This document shows, piece after piece, positions 21,901 to 31,270 of a stretch of DNA of 64,000 bases. The translations under genes and the position numbers were made by a program. A model generated the notes under the pieces. The model did not search any database, had not been told where the DNA came from, and worked only from the letters and a program-made list of their open reading frames with translations. Position 1 is the first letter of the stretch, and every line of letters begins with the position of its first letter. The DNA lies in NCBI GenBank assembly GCA_016720145.1, contig JADJXV010000002.1, forward strand, positions 152,279 to 216,278, given 5' to 3'. The DNA comes from Ignavibacteria bacterium. Its GTDB lineage: Bacteria > Bacteroidota > Ignavibacteria > Kapaibacteriales > UBA961.

Positions 21901-22732
21901 CAAGTAATGCATCATCGATAACCATATCACGAACTGCTAAAATTTCACCGGTTGAAAGGTCAATGACATCTGAGCCTATACGGCGACCTAAATATGCTTC
22001 TGTGATATCTGCAGCTGGCACAGTAACCGACATATTGAAGAGGGTCAGAATTTGTTCGTCAGACGAGAACCCCAAAGCACGAAGCAGTGTAGTAACAGGG
22101 AATTTCTTTTTACGGTCGATATATGCATACATCACATCATGTATATCGGTTGTAAACTCAACCCATGATCCTTTGAACGGAATAATTCTCGCCGTAAATA
22201 TACGTGTACCATTTGGGTGTACAGCATCAGCAAAAAATACTCCCGGGGAACGATGCAACTGTGCGACAATTACTCGCTCAGCACCGTTAATAATAAATGT
22301 TCCGCGAGGTGTCATTGCAGGAATATTACCAAGATAGACTTCCTGTTCGATAGGGTCGATATAATCTTCAGATGAGGGATCTGCTTTACTTGAAAGTCGC
22401 AATTTGGCTTTCAATGCTTTAGCATAGGTCAGCTCACGCTCACGACATTCATCCTCGTTATACTTTGGCTTTTCGATGGAATATTCCAAAAACTCAAGCT
22501 GGAATACTTCAGAATTATCTTCAATTGGAAAATTAGTCACAAAAGCTTGCTGGAGGCCTGCTACAGCTCGCTGAGATGGTGGCACCTCTTCTTGTAAAAA
22601 TTCTTGATAAGAATCTAATTGTAAATTTAGCAAATCTGGATAGCTTGATTCATCAGCGGGACGATGGGCAAAATTTATGCGATTACGCAATCGTACGATT
22701 GTACCCGGATGCGAGAATGGGTTTGTCTTCAC
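18908..22732 (-). CDS. rpoB: DNA-directed RNA polymerase subunit beta
   Basis: It is 1274 aa with canonical rpoB blocks and sits immediately upstream of rpoC. Confidence 0.97.
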   Translation of the reverse strand: MKTNPFSHPGTIVRLRNRINFAHRPADESSYPDLLNLQLDSYQEFLQEEVPPSQRAVAGLQQAFVTNFPIEDNSEVFQLEFLEYSIEKPKYNEDECRERELTYAKALKAKLRLSSKADPSSEDYIDPIEQEVYLGNIPAMTPRGTFIINGAERVIVAQLHRSPGVFFADAVHPNGTRIFTARIIPFKGSWVEFTTDIHDVMYAYIDRKKKFPVTTLLRALGFSSDEQILTLFNMSVTVPAADITEAYLGRRIGSDVIDLSTGEILAVRDMVIDDALLDIIKTADLTEVKFFSYENAADEPVLAKTLAKDTTKTREDALEAIYRQLRSTDAPDVETAAALLDKLFFNPKRYDLGVVGRFRINDKLGIQDVPLSHTTLRIDDIIEIIKYLIDLHGQKHNVDDIDHLGNRRVRTVGEQLSAQFNLGLSRMSRTIKERLSVHDGETTTPAELVNARTITSVVNQFFGTNQLSQFMDQTNPLSELTHKRRTSALGPGGLTRERAGFEVRDVHYTHYGRLCPIETPEGPNIGLISSLSIHARINHFGFIETPYHKVEHGKVTDVIEYLTAEKEEGKLIAPASTETDKDSMLLGERVKARLSGDFLVVSPKDIEYMDITTDQITSPAASLIPFLEHDDANRALMGSNMQRQGVPLLKPKAPLIGTGMEARVAHDSRALTAAEGDGIVEYVCADFIRVRYDDIRTDVQKLVSFDNDNTKTYRLLKFFRTNQDTCINQRPLVVADQRVKKGQPLADGAATELGELALGQNVLVAFMPWRGYNFEDAIIISERLVAEDIYTSIHIEESTLQVRDTKRGEEEFTKEIPNVSEEATKDLDDFGIIRMGAKVREGDILIGKITPKGETDPTPEEKLLRAIFGDKAGDVKDASMKASPGLKGVVINTKLFSRRVMTSDDQIRQEEKKRQEQISKREQKTLKQHEDDTARRLAKVLDGMTTLGIRLTNDKVVFRGGTALTAKDVMTKYDDGALKLELLDMDADWFSEDDKMSLVRQLLHNYAIHKNDISATAKSERNKIAAGDELQPGILQMAKVYVAKKRKLQVGDKMAGRHGNKGIVSKIVAIEDMPFLPDGTPVDIVLNPLGVPSRMNLGQLYETALGWAAKKLGVHFATPIFDGATWDEVGDYLEKAGLPRTGKTILFDGRTGDQFDHVITVGVIYMLKLSHLVEDKIHARSIGPYSLITQQPLGGKAQFGGQRLGEMEVWALEAYGAAHTLQEMLTVKSDDVQGRAKMYETIVKGENMPNPNIPESFNVLVRELQGLCLDIVIE

Positions 22733-22989
22733 GGAAAGACCTCCTTGTGTAAGATTTCTATAACGAAGTAAAAAGATAATATTACGAGCTTGAATATGTT
22801 CAAATAACTCGAAATGCTGCTTTTGACGTATGAAAAAATTAGGATTTCCCGACTATTCCATTGCGATACGGATAGCCAAAAAATCCTTCAATATTGTTGT
22901 GCAAAACAATGTGCATTTTGCAATAATTGTTGTTTTTTATGCGCTTAAGAAATTTTCTCAATACGCTAAAATCAATCGAAAATTTAATC

Positions 22990-23030
22990 CGAAAAAGGAC
23001 GGCTGCGATTTGTAAGCAACCGTCCTTTTA
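22990..23030 (-). promoter_or_regulatory. rplL-rpoB intergenic attenuator or partial terminator hairpin
   Basis: The inverted repeat is aggacggctgc...gcaaccgtcct, followed on the minus strand by a T-run. The position matches the known rplL-rpoB attenuator. Confidence 0.5.
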
Positions 23031-23086
23031 CATTGTAAGTGCTATTGTAATCTAACGATTAGAGTACTAAAACATTTGTGTTAAAA

Positions 23087-23467
23087 TTACTTTAGTGTAA
23101 CTTTAGCACCAACTTCTTCAAGTTTCTTTTTGATAGCATTTGCTTCGTCTTTAGAAGCTTGTTCTTTTACGATTTTTGGAGCGCCTTCTACCAAGTCTTT
23201 AGCTTCTTTCAAGCCTAAACCTGTGATTTCGCGAATAACTTTAATAGCGTTTAATTTTTGTGCGCCACCTTCTGTTAATTCAACGTCAAATTCAGTCTGC
23301 TCTTCAACTACTGCTGCCGGTCCTGCTGCTGCCGGTCCTGCTGCCATCATCATAGGCGCAGATGCTGTGACACCAAATTTTTCTTCAAGTGCTTTTTTTA
23401 GTTCAGATGCTTCTAAAAGAGTAAGATTGCTGATTTTTTCGACTAATTCATCTACAATTGCTGACAT
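23087..23467 (-). CDS. rplL: 50S ribosomal protein L7/L12
   Basis: The sequence is [33 protein letters not shown]... Confidence 0.95.
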   Translation of the reverse strand: MSAIVDELVEKISNLTLLEASELKKALEEKFGVTASAPMMMAAGPAAAGPAAVVEEQTEFDVELTEGGAQKLNAIKVIREITGLGLKEAKDLVEGAPKIVKEQASKDEANAIKKKLEEVGAKVTLK

Positions 23468-23541
23468 TGCAGTTCTCCTAATAAGATAAATAAATAATTA
23501 AATTTTATGTTTGAGCACAGTAGTGCTATTTATAAAGCAAG

Positions 23542-24066
23542 TTACGCTGCTTTTTTCTTTGCTACTTCTTCAACTAACGAAGCAACATCACGCATAACTG
23601 CGTTGATTGTACCAACGATACCGGATATTGGAGAGTTTAAGCTGCCCAAAATTGCGGCAATGATGTCTTCTCTAGTTGGAAGTTCTGAAATCTGCTTAAG
23701 TTGTGAACCATCAAAGACTTGGCCTTCAATGACTGCAGCTTTAAGCTGGAGTTTGTTGTTTTTTTCGCTGAACTCCCGTATGATTTTGGCAGGTGCAATC
23801 GGATCGGCATAGCCCAAGGCAAGTCCGGATTGACCTATTACTTTATCTTCAGGTATATCAAATCCACCAACTTCTTTCATTGCACGAAGTATAAGTGTAT
23901 TCTTAGCTACTTTGAACTTTATACCTTTCTTGGTAAGCTCAGAGCGGACTGCATTAGAATCTTTGACTGTCATGCGAGAATAATCAACGAGATACAAACC
24001 CTTCGCACCGCGCAGTAAGCCAACTAATTCATCAACTAATTCCTGTTTTTTTTCTTTTGTAACCAT
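23542..24066 (-). CDS. rplJ: 50S ribosomal protein L10
   Basis: It is a 174 aa L10-like protein located between rplA and rplL. Confidence 0.93.
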   Translation of the reverse strand: MVTKEKKQELVDELVGLLRGAKGLYLVDYSRMTVKDSNAVRSELTKKGIKFKVAKNTLILRAMKEVGGFDIPEDKVIGQSGLALGYADPIAPAKIIREFSEKNNKLQLKAAVIEGQVFDGSQLKQISELPTREDIIAAILGSLNSPISGIVGTINAVMRDVASLVEEVAKKKAA

Positions 24067-24232
24067 AGCTGCGAGAATTTCTATAAATAAAATGATGCTA
24101 AGATAGATAAATCCGTAAAAGTTACGGTAGAAGCTTTATCTATACAAAGCAAGTGCGTAATAGACATTATTGATAATAGTGATGATTTGGATCGATCCTG
24201 TACTTGTAAGCACATCTAATGTAGAGAATTAA
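24067..24232 (-). promoter_or_regulatory. Putative rplJ mRNA leader, an L10(L12) autoregulatory region
   Basis: Inferred from position only, as the 166-nt untranslated spacer upstream of rplJ. No structure was verified. Confidence 0.3.
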
Positions 24233-24934
24233 TTATTCGTGTACACTCAATGATTGCTCTGAAACATGAATACCAGGACCCATTGTGGAGCTAAAAGCAA
24301 TACTTTTAACATATTTACCCTTTGCAGTCTGTGGTTTTGCTCTCATAATACTTGTGAAAAACGTGTGCAAATTATCAGCAAGCTTGGATTCGTCGAAAGA
24401 GCATTTTCCGATAGAAGCGTGAATATTTCCTGTTTTATCGACGCGATACTCAATTTTACCTGCTTTTACCTCTCCTACAGCTTTACCTACATCGAATGTA
24501 ACCGTTCCGCTTTTAGGATTTGGCATCAAACCACGAGGACCAAGCACACGACCAAGCTTTCCAACTTCGCCCATGACATCTGGAGTCGCTATTATGACAT
24601 CGATATCTGCCCATCCGGATTGTAATTTTTCAATATACTCTTGAAACCCAGCATGATCCGCACCTGCTGCAAGTGCTTCCTGATCTTTTGGGGACTTAGC
24701 AAGAACAAGCACACGTACAGTCTTACCTGTCCCGTGAGGTAATGATACTGTACCACGAACCAGTTGATCAGCTTTGCGAGGATCCACACCTAGGCGAATG
24801 GCGATATCGAATGATTCGTCAAATTTCGCAGTAGCGTGTTTTTTAACAGTAGATATTGCTTCTTTAAAAGCAAATTCTTTTGATAAATTCAGAGACTTGA
24901 GAGCAGTTTTAAATCGTTTACCGTGCTTTTTCAT
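24233..24934 (-). CDS. rplA: 50S ribosomal protein L1
   Basis: It is a 233 aa L1 protein. Confidence 0.95.
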   Translation of the reverse strand: MKKHGKRFKTALKSLNLSKEFAFKEAISTVKKHATAKFDESFDIAIRLGVDPRKADQLVRGTVSLPHGTGKTVRVLVLAKSPKDQEALAAGADHAGFQEYIEKLQSGWADIDVIIATPDVMGEVGKLGRVLGPRGLMPNPKSGTVTFDVGKAVGEVKAGKIEYRVDKTGNIHASIGKCSFDESKLADNLHTFFTSIMRAKPQTAKGKYVKSIAFSSTMGPGIHVSEQSLSVHE

Positions 24935-25018
24935 TATTTTATACTTTCTTGTTCAACAACGGACTTATACAAAGTTGCGGCAATCTTGCATCACGCAAAG
25001 ATTCCGCTGTCATAAAAA

Positions 25019-25444
25019 TTAATCTTCGATTGTCACACCCATACTACGGGCTGTACCACGCACCATACTCATCGCACTCTCAAGCGTATCACAGTTGAGA
25101 TCAGCCATTTTCTGCTTCGCTATTGATTCGACTTGCGCTTTGGTAAGCTTGCCCACTTTTGTGCGGCTAGGCTCGGCTGAACCTTTAGGAATTCCGGTTG
25201 CTTTTATAATAAGCGTCGGTGTTGGTGAGGATTTAAGGATAAACGTAAATGATTTATCAGAGTAGAAGGTAACTACTGCCGGTATTATCGAATCGCCATC
25301 TTTTGCTGTTTTAGCGTTGAATTGCTTGACGAACTCCATACCGCTAAGCCCGCGTTGACCAAATGCAGGCCCTACAGGAGGTGCCATTGTTGCTTGCCCT
25401 GCTTTAAGCTGGAGCTTAAACGATCCCATTACTTTCTTTGCCAT
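25019..25444 (-). CDS. rplK: 50S ribosomal protein L11
   Basis: It is a 141 aa L11 protein. Confidence 0.95.
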   Translation of the reverse strand: MAKKVMGSFKLQLKAGQATMAPPVGPAFGQRGLSGMEFVKQFNAKTAKDGDSIIPAVVTFYSDKSFTFILKSSPTPTLIIKATGIPKGSAEPSRTKVGKLTKAQVESIAKQKMADLNCDTLESAMSMVRGTARSMGVTIED

Positions 25445-25499
25445 TGTCGAATTCTAAATAGTGAACAAAATCTGACTTTTTCTTGTGCGTAATATCCGA

Positions 25500-26075
25500 T
25501 TAATGATTTTCCATTTCCACACCACTGAAATCCAGCTCGACGGGGGTTTTTCTACCCAAAATACCTACTTCAACTTTGATTTTTTGCTTTTCATTGTTTA
25601 CTTCTTTTACGGTCCCGCTAAATCCTTCAAATGGCCCTTCGATTACTTTTACAGGATCACCAATAGTAAAGCTTATTTCAATTGTTGCAACGTTTTTACG
25701 TTCTTCTACCCGGCCTAATATTCGATTAACTTCATCAAGTTGGAGTGGAGTAGCTTCGTTTTTCGTACCAACAAAACTCACAATTGACGGCGAAGTTACT
25801 ATGATTTCTTTGAGTTTTTTATCGAGTATCACTTCGACCAGCAAGTATCCCGGAAGAAAATTTTTAATTCGAGTCCGGCGTTTACCGTTACGCACTTCGA
25901 ATACAGTTTCTTGGGGTATTATTATACTACGTATTTTGTCTTCAAGGTGCAATCGCTTGAGTTCCTGTTCTATACCTGTTTTAGCCTTTTGCTCATGACC
26001 GGTATACGTACGGAGTGCGTACCATTTGTAATCACCATTTTCAGTTAGAATCGGTTGTTCAGTAATTTCATCCAT
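25500..26075 (-). CDS. nusG: Transcription termination/antitermination factor NusG
   Basis: It has an NGN domain plus a KOW motif (...GDPVKVIEGPFEGFSGTVKEV...). Confidence 0.95.
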   Translation of the reverse strand: MDEITEQPILTENGDYKWYALRTYTGHEQKAKTGIEQELKRLHLEDKIRSIIIPQETVFEVRNGKRRTRIKNFLPGYLLVEVILDKKLKEIIVTSPSIVSFVGTKNEATPLQLDEVNRILGRVEERKNVATIEISFTIGDPVKVIEGPFEGFSGTVKEVNNEKQKIKVEVGILGRKTPVELDFSGVEMENH

Positions 26076-26182
26076 TATATTTTCTTATAGCTGTAAATTG
26101 TTGAATAGTGGTCGAGATCATTATGTATGAATATTTATTATTGATAATAAATACATTATAATCAATCATCAACACATGCCAA

Positions 26183-26368
26183 TTAGAAAATAACTTTCTT
26201 CATCAAAAAAGCCATCGCAACATCAACTATCCATACAAATACCGTAATAACAGCACAAGTACCAAGAACGACAAGAGTTGACTCACGTAGCTGCTGTTTT
26301 GTAGGCCAAGAAACTTTTTTCATTTCTTTGTTTATATCACTAAAAACTTCTTTGATTTTTGCTATCAT
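26183..26368 (-). CDS. secE: Preprotein translocase subunit SecE
   Basis: It is a 61 aa single-TM protein at the canonical position between tRNA-Trp and nusG. Confidence 0.9.
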   Translation of the reverse strand: MIAKIKEVFSDINKEMKKVSWPTKQQLRESTLVVLGTCAVITVFVWIVDVAMAFLMKKVIF

Positions 26369-26479
26369 AACAGCGAAAAAATATGTGGTAGGAAATCGAA
26401 ATTTAAATTAGTAGATAAATACCGGACACCTAAACTTCTTTTAATGAATTCAACGTCATGAAACTATTGCCCAAATTCG

Positions 26480-26552
26480 CACGGGAGGAGGGACTTGAAC
26501 CCCCAACCTTCGGTTTTGGAGACCGCGACTCTACCAATTGAGCTACACCCGT
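26480..26552 (-). tRNA. tRNA-Trp (anticodon CCA)
   Basis: I folded it by hand. The anticodon loop is CTCCAAA. D- and T-arms are present. There is one apparent T-T mismatch in the acceptor stem. Confidence 0.8.
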
Positions 26553-26568
26553 AGAACGTAATCTTGAG

Positions 26569-26642
<74 letters not shown>

Positions 26643-26665
26643 AGACTTACTCCATCCCCCGTTTG

Positions 26666-26738
<73 letters not shown>

Positions 26739-26788
26739 AGTACTTTTACCTGCTTAGAATACTACCCCTGCCATAGAACTACCCAATG

Positions 26789-26861
26789 AGCGGGAGACGA
26801 GACTCGAACTCGCGACCAACAGCTTGGAAGGCTGTGACTCTACCAACTGAGTTACTCCCGC
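26789..26861 (-). tRNA. tRNA-Gly (anticodon TCC)
   Basis: The acceptor is GCGGGAG/CTCCCGC. The anticodon loop is CTTCCAA. Confidence 0.85.
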
Positions 26862-26884
26862 TTATACTAACTACTTGAAAAATG

Positions 26885-26968
26885 TGGGCAGAGAAGGATT
26901 TGAACCTCCGTAACGCGAAGCGTGACAGATTTACAGTCTGTTGCCATTAACCACTCGGCCATCTGCCC
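26885..26968 (-). tRNA. tRNA-Tyr (anticodon GTA)
   Basis: It is 84 nt with a long variable arm. The anticodon loop is CTGTAAA. Confidence 0.85.
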
Positions 26969-27676
26969 ATTTTCTGGTTCTCTAAACGTCAGAGCTTACA
27001 AAAATACAAAAATGAATGATTTTAGCAACCCTTTTTTTTTTATACATGGATATTTACTTATAAATGCATAAAAATGCAGTGGGTTTTTACTGTCTATTTC
27101 CTTTTCAATTTTTTTCAAATATAATTTTATTGAAACAAATTGAATTGTAGACAGAACATTTATAATTTTTTTAAAACCGTAATACGCCTTATCCTAGAAG
27201 AATACAATTCACAAATTCTTGATATTTAAATCAATTTTTATGCGACTCATTCTACAGCCTATTTGTAAAATTTCAAACTTTAAGTTATTACATTCAGTTT
27301 CGTTAATTCTAATACTGAATTTTGCTTTACAATTCTTACTGAACGATGAGTTCGTTCTTACTATAGTTTTAAATGTTCATACATACTTTGTCATCCAACC
27401 AAATTCATCATTTCAAATTAATATTTTAGCTTTCGGCTACCTTCACAACCATTACATTTCATAAATTGTAAAAAATGTTTATATATCGTTATTTCATATA
27501 ATTAGACTAATCTGACTAATGTCATTTCACACTTCTTTTTGCTCAAACACTAATTTTTCCAGTTAAATTATAGTACAAAAAGAATTCTCATACAATACCA
27601 TTTCGCTTATTTTCCGTTGGTCAAACGGCGCGGGTTTCGTAATTTTAGAGTACTTTAATTAATTACGAGCAAAATT

Positions 27677-28570
27677 ATGTGCCGTTTTGTAGCTTATATT
27701 GGTACGCCCGTTCTGGCGGACGACCTGCTGTACAAGCCGAAATATTCGATTATTACCGCACAAAGCATCAATGCCGGTGAAATGTCTATCGCCGTCAATG
27801 GCGACGGATTCGGCGTGGGCTGGTATGTACCCGAAATTGACAGCGAGCCGTGCGTATTTCGGAGTATCAAGCCCTCGTGGAGCGATCAAAACCTCCGCAA
27901 TATTGCCAAGAAAATCTACTCACCGCTGATTTTTGCTCATATCCGAGCCGCCTCGCCCGGACTCCCCGTCGAAGAATTCAACTCCCACCCGTTTTCCTGC
28001 GGTAAATTGATGTTTATGCACAATGGCATGCTCGGCGGATTCAAAGAAATCCGTCGGAAATTGCTCCGCGAATTGAATGATACGGCGTATGATGCGATTC
28101 TGGGTTCGACCGATTCCGAACACCTTTTTGGCTTATTTCTCAATCACATAGACGACCCGTCAGGTGATGTGACCTGTGATGAAATGGTCTATGCGATGCA
28201 CAAAATGCTTGAGGATGTCAGTAATTTACTTATCGAACATAATATCCGGTCGCACTCCTATCTCAATCTGTGTGTGACCAATGGCAATAGTATCGTAGCC
28301 GTGCGCTACACGACCAATCCAAGCGTGCAGCCTGCCACGCTGTATTATATGTTTGGCAAAGAATATCAATGCCGCGGCGAGCATTGTCAGATGGAGCCGA
28401 CGTTTGGTCGGCCGAATGCGATTGTGATCGCGTCCGAACCCTTTACCTACCGGCGCTCCGACTGGATGAAAGCCGAGCGTAATTCGATGATGATTGTCGA
28501 TGAAACGATGAAAATCAGCTTCCAAAATGTAGAATTGGCGATTGAAAAGGCGATGTTTGAGGAAGTGTGA
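27677..28570 (+). CDS. Class II (Ntn) glutamine amidotransferase domain protein (YafJ/EgtC-like)
   Basis: The N-terminal Met-Cys (MCRFVAYIG) is the catalytic Cys2. It has the GATase_2-like fold length. Confidence 0.7.
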   Translation: MCRFVAYIGTPVLADDLLYKPKYSIITAQSINAGEMSIAVNGDGFGVGWYVPEIDSEPCVFRSIKPSWSDQNLRNIAKKIYSPLIFAHIRAASPGLPVEEFNSHPFSCGKLMFMHNGMLGGFKEIRRKLLRELNDTAYDAILGSTDSEHLFGLFLNHIDDPSGDVTCDEMVYAMHKMLEDVSNLLIEHNIRSHSYLNLCVTNGNSIVAVRYTTNPSVQPATLYYMFGKEYQCRGEHCQMEPTFGRPNAIVIASEPFTYRRSDWMKAERNSMMIVDETMKISFQNVELAIEKAMFEEV

Positions 28571-28684
28571 GCGGGCGAAGTATTCAAACAGTACCGCAAG
28601 TAAATGATAATATATCAGTTACAGCAACTGACCCTAAAAAATGAACAGAACTTATCCATATTTAATGTTGTCGGGGAAAAAAGT

Positions 28685-30646
28685 ATGATAGATTTAATTT
28701 ACCTTGTTCCTTTATTACCGCTTATCGGATTTTTCATTGTAGGGCTTTTTGGTAAAAAGCTCAAGAGTGAGTCGCTTGTCGGCGGGATTGCAAGCGCGGC
28801 AGTCGGCGGCGCGTTCGTGGTGGCGGTTTCGATATTTGTTTCCTTGCTTGGTCATGGCCCCGAAGAGCGTTCGCATGTCGTGCGGCTCTTTACCTGGATG
28901 CAAGCCGGTACTTTCTCGATTGACATATCCTACCAAGTCGATCAGCTCTCGATACTCTACACGCTGATTATCACCGGAATCAGAACGCTGATTCACATCT
29001 ATTCTATCGGCTATATGCATGGCGACAAAGGGTTTCCGAGGTTTTTTGCCTACCTGAACCTCTTTATTTTCATGATGCTTAATCTCGTTCTCGCCAGTAA
29101 TTTCCTGCTCACCTTCCTCGGTTGGGAAGGCGTCGGTCTCTGCTCCTACCTCTTGATTGGCTTCTGGCACGACCGGAAATTCGAAGGGTCAAATATCGTC
29201 TGGACCGGCGACGCAGCGAAAAAAGCATTTATCGTTAATCGTATCGGCGACTTTGGTGTGCTTGTCGCTATGTTTTTGATTTACAGCAACTTCCACACGC
29301 TTGATTATGCTTCTGTTAATTCTCAGGCAGCCGCAGGATTCCCTATCGGCTCGGGATTAATCACCGCAATTACCCTTCTCCTCTTCCTCGGTTGTACCGG
29401 TAAATCCGCGCAAATTCCCCTCGGTATCTGGCTTCCGGATGCTATGGCAGGTCCAACTCCTGTGTCAGCGCTCATTCACGCGGCGACGATGGTCACGGCA
29501 GGTATATTCCTCATCGCGCGGAATGCAACGATGTTTGCTCTCTCGCCGACGACTATGGCTGTGGTCACGGGTATTGGTATTACCACCGCTCTCACGGCAG
29601 CGCTGGTGGGTCTTGTACAGAATGACATTAAGAAAGTCCTTGCATATTCTACGGTTAGTCAACTTGGGTTTATGTTTGTCGCACTTGGTGTCGGTGCGTT
29701 TACGGCCGGTGTATTCCACGTGATGACACATGCATTCTTTAAAGCATTGCTGTTCTTGGGGTCGGGTTCGGTCATCCATGGTATGCACGAAGAACAAGAC
29801 ATTCAGCGCATGGGCGGCTTGAAAAAGTATATGCCGACGACGTACAAAACGTTCTTGATTGGTACAATTGCCATTGCCGGTATATTCCCTTTTGCAGGAT
29901 TTTTCTCGAAAGATGAAATTTTGTGGAATGCGTTCTCGCAGGGTAGTCCGATTTTATGGGGTGTAGGCGTGCTTGCTGCCTTCTGTACTGCCTTTTACAT
30001 GTTCAGATTATTACACTTAACATTTCATGGCAAAGAGCGATTCGACCATCATCATGTGCATCCGCATGAGTCACCGATTTCGATGACCTTCCCGCTGATG
30101 GTGCTCGCTGTTCTGTCTGTTTTGGGTGGATTTTTGGGAATACCGTATGCGTTAAGCTTTGGCGGTTCAATTCCCAATATTTTAGAACATTGGTTAGAAC
30201 CGATTTTTGCGCCTGCGATGGAGATTCTTCATCGTCCGGAAGTGCATGAGGTACATGCAATTGAATATGTACTTATGGCTGCTTCCCTTGGAATTGCAAT
30301 TATAGGTATAATGCTTGCCGGTAAATTCTACAAAACCGAATCCGACAAGCCGCAAGAATTGGCGACTCGATTTTCGGGGATGTACAAGGTATTATGGAAC
30401 AAATGGTTCATTGATGAAATTTACCAAGGACTTTTTGTCAATACCTTTTACACGCTTTCCAATGGATTTTTATGGAAAATTTTCGATGTTAAAATTGTTG
30501 ATGGAATTGTCAATGGTTCGGCACGTGTCGTGGCTGAAAGCGGTGAATTACTTCGCAAGATACAGTCCGGTATCGCACAAAATTACGCGCTGATGATGAT
30601 GGTAGGAATTGTCATGATATTAGTATGGCTTGGGATGGGAAGCTAA
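28685..30646 (+). CDS. nuoL: NADH-quinone oxidoreductase subunit L. The ORF track start at 28604 is an upstream extension.
   Basis: The N-terminus MIDLIYLVPLLPLIGF is typical. It has the NuoL/MrpA antiporter-like core and a C-terminal long helix region. Confidence 0.9.
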   Translation: MIDLIYLVPLLPLIGFFIVGLFGKKLKSESLVGGIASAAVGGAFVVAVSIFVSLLGHGPEERSHVVRLFTWMQAGTFSIDISYQVDQLSILYTLIITGIRTLIHIYSIGYMHGDKGFPRFFAYLNLFIFMMLNLVLASNFLLTFLGWEGVGLCSYLLIGFWHDRKFEGSNIVWTGDAAKKAFIVNRIGDFGVLVAMFLIYSNFHTLDYASVNSQAAAGFPIGSGLITAITLLLFLGCTGKSAQIPLGIWLPDAMAGPTPVSALIHAATMVTAGIFLIARNATMFALSPTTMAVVTGIGITTALTAALVGLVQNDIKKVLAYSTVSQLGFMFVALGVGAFTAGVFHVMTHAFFKALLFLGSGSVIHGMHEEQDIQRMGGLKKYMPTTYKTFLIGTIAIAGIFPFAGFFSKDEILWNAFSQGSPILWGVGVLAAFCTAFYMFRLLHLTFHGKERFDHHHVHPHESPISMTFPLMVLAVLSVLGGFLGIPYALSFGGSIPNILEHWLEPIFAPAMEILHRPEVHEVHAIEYVLMAASLGIAIIGIMLAGKFYKTESDKPQELATRFSGMYKVLWNKWFIDEIYQGLFVNTFYTLSNGFLWKIFDVKIVDGIVNGSARVVAESGELLRKIQSGIAQNYALMMMVGIVMILVWLGMGS

Positions 30647-30650
30647 CGTA

Positions 30651-31217
30651 ATGAATCAATTGGAACAAAAACAATCAGGATTAGCAGCTGTTAGTGAAAA
30701 ATCACTTGCCGTGATCGTCTATTCGCTTACGATTGTCGTAGTTGCACTTGTATCATTTTTGATTTACTTTCCGCAGACGCTGGCCTTAGGACATCTCGAT
30801 GTATCAATGCTTCCGGCGCTCAATGCCTTTATCAACGGTACGTGCGCGGTGCTTCTTTCTGCCGGCTATGTCTTTATCCGCCGGCGGAATTTCAAGGCGC
30901 ACAAGACGATGATGCTGTCGGCGTTTTTGCTTTCGTGCCTTTTTCTCCTCTCGTATGTGACGTATCACTCTCAGGCACCGGCCACGAAATTCGGCGGTGA
31001 AGGGATGATTCGGATGGTGTATTTTACGATATTGCTGACGCATATCGTGCTTGCTGCGGTGATTGTGCCACTGGCGCTATTTACAATTACGCGGTCGTGG
31101 CGCGGAGAATTCGCCAAGCATAAAAAAATAGCGCGGTGGACTCTCCCACTGTGGCTCTATGTGACGATTACCGGCGTGGTGGTGTATTTGATGATTTCGC
31201 CGTATTATGTACATTAA
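30651..31217 (+). CDS. DUF420 family membrane protein (YozB-like). The start could also be 30630, overlapping the end of nuoL.
   Basis: It has four predicted TM helices. The pattern ...FKAHKTMMLSAF...YVTYH...FGGEG...HIVLA...HKKIARWTLPLWLYVTITGVVVYLMI is typical of DUF420. Confidence 0.55.
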   Translation: MNQLEQKQSGLAAVSEKSLAVIVYSLTIVVVALVSFLIYFPQTLALGHLDVSMLPALNAFINGTCAVLLSAGYVFIRRRNFKAHKTMMLSAFLLSCLFLLSYVTYHSQAPATKFGGEGMIRMVYFTILLTHIVLAAVIVPLALFTITRSWRGEFAKHKKIARWTLPLWLYVTITGVVVYLMISPYYVH

Positions 31218-31270
31218 TTATTGATATTTCTTTAGTTAGTTTTTTTGGTAGAACTTAACCTGATATACTT

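Noticed and set aside
14597-22337. Numerous 60-156 aa ORFs on both strands inside rpoC and rpoB
   Set aside because: They are antisense or out-of-frame to two very well supported large genes. There are no RBS or domain signals.
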